From a virus (taxonomy: Duplodnaviria > Caudoviricetes), in the IMG/VR virus record IMGVR_UViG_3300033068_001989, positions 143,752-207,751 of that record: DNA of 64,000 nucleotides. The stretch is one strand, 5' to 3'. The stretch's first letter is position 1, and every line of letters starts with the position of its first letter. Shown piece after piece: positions 32,454 to 41,373 of the stretch. Position numbers and translations under genes: made by a program. A model generated the notes under the pieces. It was not told the origin of the DNA. It did no database searches and was given only the letters and a program-made list of their open reading frames with translations.

Positions 32454-33101
32454 TTATTGTTTTTTGATCCTTCCAAATTCCCATCCTTTTGACAAATGTT
32501 CATTTAGATCTATTTCTTTTATCTTCTTATCTGTCTGTCCATCATTGATCCATCTTGTGCCAAATTGAGAGTTTTTTTCTCCTTTTTGGTTCAATGAATT
32601 CTTAAGACCCACTGATAATTTTGCCTCTTCCGTATGAGATCTTCCTGAGAAGGTGTCATACTTATATTTGCCATCTCTGTGATTTTTTTTAGCCAATTCA
32701 GAGAGATGCTTTCTTAAATTTTCTTTAAAATCAGAATCGTTGTTTACTTTTATCGAAAATGCTCTAGCACCAGATTCTGTAAATTTCTTAAGATGCTCTA
32801 TACCACTAATACCTCCGCCTCCACCTGGCTGTAAATTCATACACATTGGATCGTTTAAAAGATCCTCGTTAACTAATTCGATTTCTCTCTTTCTTAAAGA
32901 TTCTCGATCTTCAAAATATTCAAGAATTTCCTTAGTGTGTGCTTCCTTACCGTGCTTTCTTATCGATTCTCTTATTCTTCTACCACTTCCCATGTAACCA
33001 TCATCTAAGTTATGCGTAGAGTGAATCCCTATGTAATATTTACCATTTTTTGTATTTGTTATTTTATACGAATAATGATATTTATATTTTTTTCTAGCCA
33101 T
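32454..33101 (-). CDS. GIY-YIG homing endonuclease (Seg-like, NUMOD3-like tail)
   Basis: YSYKITN..KYYIGIH..YMGSG; HTEEAK; free-standing in the tRNA array. Confidence 0.88.
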   Translation of the reverse strand: MARKKYKYHYSYKITNTKNGKYYIGIHSTHNLDDGYMGSGRRIRESIRKHGKEAHTKEILEYFEDRESLRKREIELVNEDLLNDPMCMNLQPGGGGGISGIEHLKKFTESGARAFSIKVNNDSDFKENLRKHLSELAKKNHRDGKYKYDTFSGRSHTEEAKLSVGLKNSLNQKGEKNSQFGTRWINDGQTDKKIKEIDLNEHLSKGWEFGRIKKQ

Positions 33102-33155
33102 CTCTATACCCTATTTTTATCTATATATCAAAAATAGGGTACGAAATCGCGGGCG

Positions 33156-33227
33156 TAGCCCGTAGGGGAATCGAACCCCTCTTACCAGGATGAAAACCTG
33201 GCGTCCTAACCGATAGACGAACGGGCC
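33156..33227 (-). tRNA. tRNA-Glu(TTC)
   Basis: Cloverleaf. Confidence 0.95.
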
Positions 33228-33375
33228 AAATTTAGGAAATAATGATGGAGTACCCGATATCGCTCCAATCTTTACTGCTTAATAATAGTTTTACAGTGCA
33301 CCGGCAGAGGGTGTGTGAATCCTATAGAGCTGAAGGTGGCGTCGACACCTTGTCTTCAGCGGAAACCATTATTTC

Positions 33376-34026
33376 CTATTTTTTATTTCTTCCTAGTAAC
33401 CATCCATCATTCAGATATTCGTTAAGGTCGCATCCCTTAATCTTTTTATCCTCCTGATTTTTATTTACCCATCTTGTACCAAATTGTGAATTTTTATTAC
33501 CAATTCTATTTATAGAATTTTTTTCACCTATTATTTTTTTGGTATCTTCTGTATGTTTTTTATCTTTGAAAGTTGGAGATCTCTCTGAATATGCTCCGTC
33601 CTTCCATGCTTTTTTAATCGTCTCGGAGGTCAACTTTTTAAAATGGAGTCTAAAATCCGCATCATTTTTTAACTTCTCTGAAAATCCCCTTCCCCCCGAG
33701 GAGCTGCATTTTTTCATATGCTTCTCGTTTATAAACCCTCCACCACCACCGGGCTGTAGATTCATGCACATTGGATCATTTAATAAATCCTCATTAACTA
33801 ATTCAATTTCTCTTTTTCGTAGGGATTCTCTGTCTTCGAAATATTCCAAAATTTCCTTGGTGTGTGAATCCTTTCCATGTCTTCTTATTGAATTTGTAAT
33901 CCTTTTACCACTTCCAAAATAATCATCATCAAGATTATCTGTAGAATGCATACCTATATAATATTTACCATCCTTTTTGTTGGTTATCTTATAGATATAG
34001 TGAAACCTCTTTTCTTTTCTTGCCAT
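33376..34026 (-). CDS. GIY-YIG homing endonuclease (Seg-like, NUMOD3-like tail)
   Basis: YIYKITN..KYYIGMH..YFGSG; KKHTEDTKK; close paralogue of 32454-33101. Confidence 0.88.
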   Translation of the reverse strand: MARKEKRFHYIYKITNKKDGKYYIGMHSTDNLDDDYFGSGKRITNSIRRHGKDSHTKEILEYFEDRESLRKREIELVNEDLLNDPMCMNLQPGGGGGFINEKHMKKCSSSGGRGFSEKLKNDADFRLHFKKLTSETIKKAWKDGAYSERSPTFKDKKHTEDTKKIIGEKNSINRIGNKNSQFGTRWVNKNQEDKKIKGCDLNEYLNDGWLLGRNKK

Positions 34027-34080
34027 TTCTATACTTTAATTTAGATTATGTATCTAAACTAAAGTACGAAATCGCGGCTG

Positions 34081-34154
34081 TGGTCCCTGTAGGGCTTGAA
34101 CCTACGACCCCCTGATTATGAGTCAGGTGCTCTAACCAACTGAGCTAAGAGACC
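34081..34154 (-). tRNA. tRNA-Ile2(CAT)
   Basis: Cloverleaf, CTCATAA loop, Ile2-like body. Confidence 0.85.
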
Positions 34155-34430
34155 GTTAATAAAAAAAGAAATATCCAAACCAATTTCACATCCCTTTACT
34201 CTTTGGTTTACCAGTCTTGCGGACTGTGCTGGTCATCTTCCGTTCTTTTCTCAAAATCTTTAGGTGTTCTTACTATCTCTATCAGATCACTGGGATTTTT
34301 GTTGAATTGAGTTTATTATGATCGGTCTATTGCGTCAGGGTATGGCAACCAATAGACTTGTACCTCTCCAAAAATATTTCTTTTAATTCTTTATGTTAAT
34401 GAACGTTGTTTCTTTGTTTATTATTGTATT

Positions 34431-34463
34431 GCAAAAGTATGATATTCTTTCGGGATAAAAAAA
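34431..34463 (-). promoter_or_regulatory. host-sigma (Bacteroidota-type) early promoter
   Basis: TTTTTTATCCCG-N11-TACTTTTG; the same motif recurs about 13 times in the window. Confidence 0.75.
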
Positions 34464-34516
34464 TTATTTTTGATATTTTTTTGAATTTTTTCAAAAATAA
34501 TTTTTTATCACCTTTG

Positions 34517-34590
34517 CCGAGATAACGGGAATCGAACCCGTTTCGCACGCCGTGACAGGGCGGCATCCTTCGCCAGTGGACCTTACCTCG
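34517..34590 (-). tRNA. tRNA-Asp(GTC), second divergent copy
   Basis: Cloverleaf with CTGTCAC loop. Confidence 0.8.
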
Positions 34591-34599
34591 AATATTTTG

Positions 34600-34689
34600 C
34601 GGAGGGTGAGGGGCTCGAACCCTCGCGACCTATCACTAGATCCTACCTGTTTAGCAAACAGGCCTCTTCACCAACTTGAGTAACCCTCC
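34600..34689 (-). tRNA. tRNA-Ser(GCT)
   Basis: Cloverleaf with long variable arm. Confidence 0.95.
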
Positions 34690-34743
34690 GAATACAAGCC
34701 CAGAAAATTGCGCATGCTAGCAGAGGCGTTCTGGGAATTGTTG

Positions 34744-34830
34744 TACCCCGAGCCGGAGTCGAACCGGCACGCTCCTTTCGGAACACCAGATTTTAAGTCT
34801 GGGGCGTCTGACCATTTTCGCCATCGGGGC
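34744..34830 (-). tRNA. tRNA-Leu(TAA)
   Basis: Cloverleaf with long variable arm. Confidence 0.95.
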
Positions 34831-34837
34831 ATTAATT

Positions 34838-34929
34838 TGGTACAGATGGCGGGAATCGAACCCGCGTTTGATGCTATCTCAACAACCGCTACGAGTATAG
34901 AAGATATAAGCTTCCATCGGTACATCTGC
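34838..34929 (-). ncRNA. tRNA-like RNA with a rearranged core
   Basis: Acceptor GCAGATG/CATCTGT+ACCA and canonical T arm, but no canonical D arm. Confidence 0.65.
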
Positions 34930-34935
34930 TAATTT

Positions 34936-35012
34936 TGGGTGACTGGTGGGGTTTGAACCCACGACCTCCTGAACCACAATCAGGCGTTCTAACCAGCTGA
35001 ACTACAGCCACC
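34936..35012 (-). tRNA. tRNA-His(GTG)
   Basis: Cloverleaf, G-1, encoded CCA. Confidence 0.95.
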
Positions 35013-35067
35013 ATGTTACGATCTATAAGGCCAGATCGTCAGCCAGTGCCTTCTCCCTAGGGAGATG

Positions 35068-35346
35068 CTATTTATTATCTCTATTTTTACCTAGATGATA
35101 TCCGTCACAGAATATACATTTATAAACACTGAAATATTTACCATGTTTCCTTTGCATTGAATCTGCTGCCTTTCTTGCTGATTCCTTTGTTGGAAATCCC
35201 TGTTTTTCCTTTCCGTCCATTCTATAATGGCTTCTTTTATCAAATAATCCTAATGCATTACCTGTTATAAAGAAATTACGAAATGCTCTTTTTAAGGGAA
35301 GCTGATCCTTCAAACCAAGAATCAAATTCTTTAATTTAATTGGCAT
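35068..35346 (-). CDS. hypothetical basic protein with a CxxC..H motif
   Basis: YKCIFCDGYHLG. Confidence 0.7.
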   Translation of the reverse strand: MPIKLKNLILGLKDQLPLKRAFRNFFITGNALGLFDKRSHYRMDGKEKQGFPTKESARKAADSMQRKHGKYFSVYKCIFCDGYHLGKNRDNK

Positions 35347-35782
35347 TTTCTTTTGTTTTATTAAATTCGTCCGCGGTTACTTTTTTTATCGGTGTAAATA
35401 AAGCGAACCCATCGTCGTCTTCGAAGTGATTGCATTTATCGATGAAATAGTTTCCCATCTTAAATCTCCAATATTCAAAAACGTTCATAGTTTCATTCCA
35501 TCTTCCGATTTTACCTCTTCTATGATCACCTAGATAGAAAGCACCATCTTCGAGTTCATTCTTAGGTATTGCACCAGCTTTAATGAGTCTTGGTATATAG
35601 TATTCTTTATACTCCTTCTCGTTAACTTTTGGTATTTCTGGTACGTCTTGCGGAATTTTAAAAGTCTTAAGATTATCCCATCTTTTTCTTCTAAGCTCCT
35701 CAAAATTCTTTTTATCAATTTCCCTTTTTTCCTCAAGGAACTTTTTGATCTGTTCGATTTTTTGTTTTTTGTCTGGTTCCAT
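35336..35782 (-). CDS. hypothetical protein
   Basis: 148-aa ORF directly after tRNA-Cys. Confidence 0.7.
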   Translation of the reverse strand: MEPDKKQKIEQIKKFLEEKREIDKKNFEELRRKRWDNLKTFKIPQDVPEIPKVNEKEYKEYYIPRLIKAGAIPKNELEDGAFYLGDHRRGKIGRWNETMNVFEYWRFKMGNYFIDKCNHFEDDDGFALFTPIKKVTADEFNKTKENAN

Positions 35783-35800
35783 GACTATGTTTTTAATTAG

Positions 35801-35883
35801 AGGTACCTGTCAGATTCGAACTGACGTGAGATTTCTCTAGCGGTTTTGCAGACCGCTCCTTTCAACCACTCAGGCAAGGTACC
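35801..35883 (-). tRNA. tRNA-Cys(GCA) with long variable arm
   Basis: CTGCAAA loop, U73, GAGA/TCTC variable stem. Confidence 0.85.
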
Positions 35884-35891
35884 GTGTTTAG

Positions 35892-35964
35892 AGCCTAAGA
35901 CAGGGGTCGAACCTGCGACCTGCTGATTACAAATCAGCTGCTCTACCAACTGAGCTACTTAGGC
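35892..35964 (-). tRNA. tRNA-Thr(TGT)
   Basis: Cloverleaf. Confidence 0.95.
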
Positions 35965-35972
35965 ATTTTTTG

Positions 35973-36058
35973 AGGAGACCAAGGGGATCGAACCCTATGC
36001 AGTTGCCCGCACCCGATGCTTTCCAGGCATGGACTATCACCGTTTAGTATTGATCTCC
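35973..36058 (-). tRNA. tRNA-Ser(GGA), 8/4-type fold
   Basis: 8-bp acceptor GGAGATCA/TGGTCTCC, 4-bp T stem, long variable arm. Confidence 0.7.
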
Positions 36059-36172
36059 ATTGAGGGTTGACATATAGAATCTTTCCTATTTTCTGCGGTA
36101 TAGGTACCATCATGGATTCCGTTGACCGATTCGTCTTTATAACCCCATACGGAACAAGCAGGGTAACCTAAG

Positions 36173-36260
36173 CGGAGGGAGTGGGATTCGAACCCACGGG
36201 AGTAATTAGCTCACACAAGATTTCAAGTCTAGGCGCTTTTGACCACTTGCGCACCCCTCC
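36173..36260 (-). tRNA. tRNA-Ser(TGA)
   Basis: Cloverleaf with long variable arm. Confidence 0.92.
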
Positions 36261-36291
36261 AATTTACTTTTACAATATTTCAATGAACAAT

Positions 36292-36439
36292 AAAAAAGGT
36301 CTCCTTTTTAGAGGAGACCTTTTTGATATTATTATATGTCTTAATATCAATACTCTCTCCTCATTACAATAGACGATTCACAAGTTGAACTCGTGTGATC
36401 TAAATGTAATGTATCTAATATGTACTGTATTTGTGACAT
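36292..36439 (-). promoter_or_regulatory. leader-peptide attenuator 1 (30-aa uORF 36347-36439, terminator 36292-36324)
   Basis: uORF MSQIQYILDTLHLDHTSSTCESSIVMRREY*; its GAGGAGA can pair with TCTCCTC in the terminator 5' arm. Confidence 0.65.
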
Positions 36440-36546
36440 GATTTTTATTTTTATAGATTTATATATCTAATTGATTTTAATATTTTATGCAAATTTAATG
36501 AAATGTTTCGAATAAAAAAAATTATTTTTTATTTTTTTTTCAATAT

Positions 36547-36822
36547 TTATTGAATTTCGTTTAATTGCTTAGGTATAAATTCACCAGTTTCTGTGATGTC
36601 TGCATATCTAGAAACAATATCACTCAATCCTCTTAGTAATTCCTCGAGGTTTTTTTCTTTTTCTGTTGGTCCATTTGTTGAACTGAAATTAGGTACAGCA
36701 ATTTTTTGTTTAACTAATCTATCAAGATCAGATTTCAATTCATCAGCTACGGATTTTTCATCACCGTAGAATTTTTCGTTAATTTCCGATTTATCAGAAT
36801 CGTAATGTTTAAGATATCTCAT
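36547..36822 (-). CDS. hypothetical protein
   Basis: MRYLKHY..INE N-terminus. Confidence 0.7.
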   Translation of the reverse strand: MRYLKHYDSDKSEINEKFYGDEKSVADELKSDLDRLVKQKIAVPNFSSTNGPTEKEKNLEELLRGLSDIVSRYADITETGEFIPKQLNEIQ

Positions 36823-36827
36823 CCTTT

Positions 36828-38318
36828 TTATATAAATTTGAAGTCCTCGAGTGATCTAAGATACTCTAGATTGTAATTTTCCTTTAATTCCTTAATTTTC
36901 TTAGAATCTTTATCATCCACAATCGCAGGAACTGAATTTATTGTTTTTAATCCAACCGATACTGCTTTCGGTAATGGTCCCATTAGTCCAGATGATGATA
37001 ATTTATCTATAGTTTTTGAAGTTTTAGGATATTCCGTTGCTAAATCTCCTAAAAAATCTATCATTGGTTGAGCTATTGGTTTTATATAAGTTCCTACTAA
37101 TTTCTTAATAACATCCAAAGCAGGTCCCAAGAAAGACTTAAATGCATTAGCTATTATTTTAGCAGCTGGTGTAACCGCAGATTTTATGAAATTTGATATT
37201 GCTTTTGAGAATTTTTCAGGAAGTGATATAAGGAATTGAAACAATTCTGATATTTTTCCGCCAGCATAAATTATACCATCAAATACTTTACCTAAAAGGC
37301 CTTCACCGACCATCAGGAATATTGTCGATATTGTTGTCGCTGCAAGAGCAGATCCACCTGATCCCATTATCGCTCCGATGTTCTTTGCTGAATTTGCTCC
37401 AATTTTACCAACTAGTTTTGATGCTCCGTGTGCAAGAAAATGCTCTGTACTATGAGCAAATTGTCCAGCAAATGTACCTGCCCATTTTTCGGAAGCTTTA
37501 AGAGATGCCGTGCTTGCTGCCGCTATACCAGGTATTGCTGCTTTTGGTGCCATTATAACATCATTTAGACCAAGTAAGATGGAACAAGAACCAGCTATTA
37601 CTAGCGGTGCGCCGACAGCTAAACTTTTTTTGGTCTTTTCTAACTTGTTCATTTCAATTTCGGATAGATGTGACCACGCTTTTTTCATTTTATATACACC
37701 TATTCCTATTTCAATTGCACCTGCAATTCCAAGTAGAACCGGACCTAATATCTGACCAGCTGCTGGTATTAAGGGTGTAACTGCTGCAGTCATCTGTAGT
37801 ACTATTGCTACTGTTGTCCAAAAATTTGAGCTAGTTGTTATTTCTTTTATAGCAGATACTATTCTTTTTGTAAATTTCCAAACTCTTTTTGCACCATCGG
37901 ATATACTATTCCATATATTTGCACTCTTAGATTTAACTAAATCCACTGCTGATTTAGCATTAGATTTAACTTTATCCCAAGCTGCTGACATATCGTCAAG
38001 AATTCCTTCATTTATAGCATGCATCGTATAATTATCGATTATAAATGCTGATCCATTTTTAAATAAAACCGTTCCACTATCACTCTCAAGCATCAATATC
38101 TTCTCATCATCGTTGAACCAGTCTTTCTTATTCTCGTAAAGCATTCCTAATTCGTACATAGCATACGATTTTTCCAATAGCATCTCCTCGGACTCAGATT
38201 CAAATACCTTAGATTCAAACATATTAGAAAATTCTGGCAATGTTAATTTCACCATTATGTCTTCACTTAACTTTCCGAAATTGCTCGAGGAAAGAAATCC
38301 ATCATATTTATTAATCAT
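36828..38318 (-). CDS. hypothetical protein with hydrophobic Ala/Gly-rich helices (possible ejected or membrane-interacting virion protein)
   Basis: Several LLE/INE sites, hydrophobic segments, late-type motif at ~38340. Confidence 0.7.
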   Translation of the reverse strand: MINKYDGFLSSSNFGKLSEDIMVKLTLPEFSNMFESKVFESESEEMLLEKSYAMYELGMLYENKKDWFNDDEKILMLESDSGTVLFKNGSAFIIDNYTMHAINEGILDDMSAAWDKVKSNAKSAVDLVKSKSANIWNSISDGAKRVWKFTKRIVSAIKEITTSSNFWTTVAIVLQMTAAVTPLIPAAGQILGPVLLGIAGAIEIGIGVYKMKKAWSHLSEIEMNKLEKTKKSLAVGAPLVIAGSCSILLGLNDVIMAPKAAIPGIAAASTASLKASEKWAGTFAGQFAHSTEHFLAHGASKLVGKIGANSAKNIGAIMGSGGSALAATTISTIFLMVGEGLLGKVFDGIIYAGGKISELFQFLISLPEKFSKAISNFIKSAVTPAAKIIANAFKSFLGPALDVIKKLVGTYIKPIAQPMIDFLGDLATEYPKTSKTIDKLSSSGLMGPLPKAVSVGLKTINSVPAIVDDKDSKKIKELKENYNLEYLRSLEDFKFI

Positions 38319-38360
38319 TTTATAGATTTTTTTCTTTTATATATCCAAATTACAAACAAC

Positions 38361-38389
38361 AAAAAAGCCATTCTATATGAATGGCTTTT
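38361..38389 (-). terminator. terminator after the TROVE gene
   Basis: aaaagccattc/gaatggctttt hairpin. Confidence 0.75.
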
Positions 38390-38409
38390 ATAATTTATGC
38401 AAAATATTA

Positions 38410-39990
38410 TTAGATAACAATAGCTTCGATTTCTCTTAAAATCGCTTTTGGATCGATCTCAGCTTTTTTGATCATCTCGTAGATATCAGCAGAGTAACCA
38501 AAAAGTTGAACTAATTTGTTACCTGGTTTGAACATGGTTGTACCATATCCTTGAATATCAACAGTGTAGATGAAAGGTTCGCCATGTGCAGATTTGTAGG
38601 ATTGGAAAGAACTGTTTGTAACGATTCTATCACCACCTTGTAAATCTGATATGATGAAGATACGATCATATTTACCGCTTTTTTGTAAAGTTGAGAAGAT
38701 TGAGCCGAAGTCAGTACCATGACCAACTCTACCTTGCAAACTTAAACATGTATTTTTGATCGTATTGATGCTATCGCCAGGATTGTATCTGATACCTTCT
38801 GTTGTTGTCGCAAATTGGTATAAATCTGCACCGATACCTTTTGCTAACGTTGCTCCAATAAGAGCAGCTTTATCAATACAATGTTTGTTTATAGCTTTAC
38901 CATTCATGGTAACTCCATGTCCCATTCCGTGCATAGATCCAGATGTATCAATAACAACCGCTGTTCTGCCATGTGAGAATAATTCGAGCAAGTTTGGTAT
39001 TGCTAATTCGTAAGCTCTATTCAAAGCAGTAACGAATGGTCTAGACGCAGAAGCACTAGTTTCTTGTAAAAGAATCTCCAAAGCAATATCTATTTGGTGA
39101 GGAAAGACCAAAGATTTTCTGATCAATTTCTCATCGATTAAAAGCTCACACGCACCACTAACTAATTCAGAATTTGAACTTGTGTTGATGATGTTTCTTA
39201 AATTACGAAGCAATGCCAAGTAACCAATTTTTCTAGTTTTAATCAATTCAGCATAGTTGCTTTCTTTAGCTTGTGTCAATTCAACCTCTGCTTGGGCTTT
39301 AGTGATTTCACCGGATTTAACTTTTGCAGCAACTTCCTGTCCTGATTTTGTGTTTTTGTCCTCGACAGTGTTGAATTGTTTTAACTTACCAGTCATAAGT
39401 TCTTTGAAAACCCCCTCCATTTGTGGTGTTGTTGGTTTTGGACGAACCAAGTTAACAACATCAACAAGTGAAACTGCTTTCCCTTTACCTTGATATTTAG
39501 CTAATTCGTATGCATCTGCTGATTCTAAAGCTGCTTTAAAGCCTTTCTTCATTGAGTTAGGTAATGGTTTACCAGGATTGAAGTGTTGGTAAGCTGCGAT
39601 AATCTCCAATACGTCATCTAAACGGTATATAATACCACCAGTTTTAGCATTCTTATCTCTTTTTGAGAAGAATCTTCTACCTATAGCTGATCCGGATAAA
39701 TGTTTAACTAATGATACAGATCCGAAATGTGTTACTGATCTTTGACCAACAACAGTTCTCGCGTATACAAGAGCTTTAGCAACGAATTCGATATCTTTCT
39801 TGGACAATTCGTCGATAAGTTGAACAAATCTGTTCTCTCTATCTGATAATTTTTCATAGTATGAATTATCCAATCCTGTGGTAAGAATAGCAATTAATTC
39901 TAATTTTGGATCATACTTCACACCGGTACCACCTTGATGGTTTGTAACTGTCTCAACAGTTCTTTTTACTTTTTGATTGTAACGTGACAT
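38410..39990 (-). CDS. TROVE-domain Ro60/Rsr-like RNA-binding protein
   Basis: N-terminal TNHQGG, YELAKY, ALLRNLRN, C-terminal vWA domain with DTSGSM, GTDF, IISDLQ. Confidence 0.9.
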   Translation of the reverse strand: MSRYNQKVKRTVETVTNHQGGTGVKYDPKLELIAILTTGLDNSYYEKLSDRENRFVQLIDELSKKDIEFVAKALVYARTVVGQRSVTHFGSVSLVKHLSGSAIGRRFFSKRDKNAKTGGIIYRLDDVLEIIAAYQHFNPGKPLPNSMKKGFKAALESADAYELAKYQGKGKAVSLVDVVNLVRPKPTTPQMEGVFKELMTGKLKQFNTVEDKNTKSGQEVAAKVKSGEITKAQAEVELTQAKESNYAELIKTRKIGYLALLRNLRNIINTSSNSELVSGACELLIDEKLIRKSLVFPHQIDIALEILLQETSASASRPFVTALNRAYELAIPNLLELFSHGRTAVVIDTSGSMHGMGHGVTMNGKAINKHCIDKAALIGATLAKGIGADLYQFATTTEGIRYNPGDSINTIKNTCLSLQGRVGHGTDFGSIFSTLQKSGKYDRIFIISDLQGGDRIVTNSSFQSYKSAHGEPFIYTVDIQGYGTTMFKPGNKLVQLFGYSADIYEMIKKAEIDPKAILREIEAIVI

Positions 39991-40020
39991 GATTATAATT
40001 GTTTATTCGTTTATATTATA

Positions 40021-40402
40021 AAATTGAGTTATCGGAAAGATAAAGCATATAGACTAGGTCAAATGCAAGATCAACGTCAAAGACCTTCTTCTATTGCAAA
40101 GACAATGACAAAAACTAAGTCTCTTTCGCTAGCCAATTATCTGCCTAGTGGTAAAGATTTCTCTTTCTCTATGGCTTTCAGTAACTTGTCTAGCTATTGA
40201 GTTCTATCTCAGTTTTATTTATTTTTATAGAAGAAGCGGAGTGATGAGAGTTCCCGAAGGATCCTCTCTGATTGCTGTATATGATTAATAGTCATTTATC
40301 TTATAAGATAATGGCCAGGAGCCATTAATTAAAGGACTTTATCTCTCCGAATCAAAGCATCAGGGGAATCGGCTTTTGCTTACCCCTTCAGCACCTCAAT
40401 TT
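40021..40402 (-). ncRNA. ~380-nt structured RNA with hexamer repeats, upstream of TROVE
   Basis: Closing helices AAATTGAG/CTCAATTT and TCGGAGAGATAAAG/CTTTATCTTTCCGA, UUCG hairpin, GNNNTW array at 40049-40121. Confidence 0.65.
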
Positions 40403-40406
40403 ATTT

Positions 40407-41330
40407 TTATTTTTCTAGTTGTTTCAAAAATTCATCAACAACTGGTTGGAATCTAGGATCAATCTGAATCTTAAGATTTACAGCTTCACCGATTCTATTT
40501 TGACGCTCTGTTTCAAAATCAAGACTTGCTTTCTTGTAGTTTGCTAACCAAGCTTCTCTCTTTTTTGTGTATTCGTTCATCGCTAGTGAATTCTTTTCAT
40601 TAGCTTCTGCTTGAGCATCAGCATTGATTTTAGAAATCCTTGCATTTTCCTTAGTTACAGCATTCTTAACCTTCGATTTGAAATAATTAACTCTTTGCTC
40701 GTAACTTCTATGAAGAGCTGCCAACTCTTCGTGTGTTTTTAACAACTCCTCAGGTTTGTGATGCACATTAACTTTAATAGGAGTTTTCTTTCCTGTTTCG
40801 ATTTCCATAAACTCAAGAAGCTGAATTTTAGGTAATTCTGATCTCAGACGATCTAATGTTCCACCCTTATGAATAAATTGTCCTATATGTGAAGCATAAG
40901 CCTCCGCCTCGATGAATTCGTTATATTCATCAATTGTTAGTTGATTCCAGCCCCAATCCTCTGCAACTTGTACCAGAACTTCAGGTTGAATATTAGGTTC
41001 TCTTTCAGGTGAAGGATTTTGATCCTCATAATCAAAATATTCTCTCTTGATTCCGTTTATCAATTCGTCTTTGGCTTTTATATTCTCCATTAGAAAAGCC
41101 TGTGTTGCATGCAACCTTGCTTTACTTTTAAGAAGTTCAACAACATCTTTAGGTAAAGGTTTTGCAGCGGTTAAATTGTGATCCTCTTTGGATATCCTTA
41201 TCGTTTTTGATGCGTTATTAATATCTGCTAAAGCTGCAGTAATATCCTTTGATCTTTGGTTACAAAGATTCGATATAGATTGAGCTTGAGACATTGATAA
41301 TCCTTTTGATGCTAATGAATTTCTTTTCAT
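40407..41330 (-). CDS. hypothetical coiled-coil protein between the Y-like RNAs and TROVE
   Basis: 307-aa helical ORF; no family recognised. Confidence 0.8.
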   Translation of the reverse strand: MKRNSLASKGLSMSQAQSISNLCNQRSKDITAALADINNASKTIRISKEDHNLTAAKPLPKDVVELLKSKARLHATQAFLMENIKAKDELINGIKREYFDYEDQNPSPEREPNIQPEVLVQVAEDWGWNQLTIDEYNEFIEAEAYASHIGQFIHKGGTLDRLRSELPKIQLLEFMEIETGKKTPIKVNVHHKPEELLKTHEELAALHRSYEQRVNYFKSKVKNAVTKENARISKINADAQAEANEKNSLAMNEYTKKREAWLANYKKASLDFETERQNRIGEAVNLKIQIDPRFQPVVDEFLKQLEK

Positions 41331-41373
41331 GATTTCTAATTTTTGTTTTTATATTTTACTTTAAATTTCTACA

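Noticed and set aside
34164-34384. Retron msr-msd or DGR template interpretation of inverted-repeat-bounded elements
   Set aside because: No reverse transcriptase and no template/variable repeat pair in the window.
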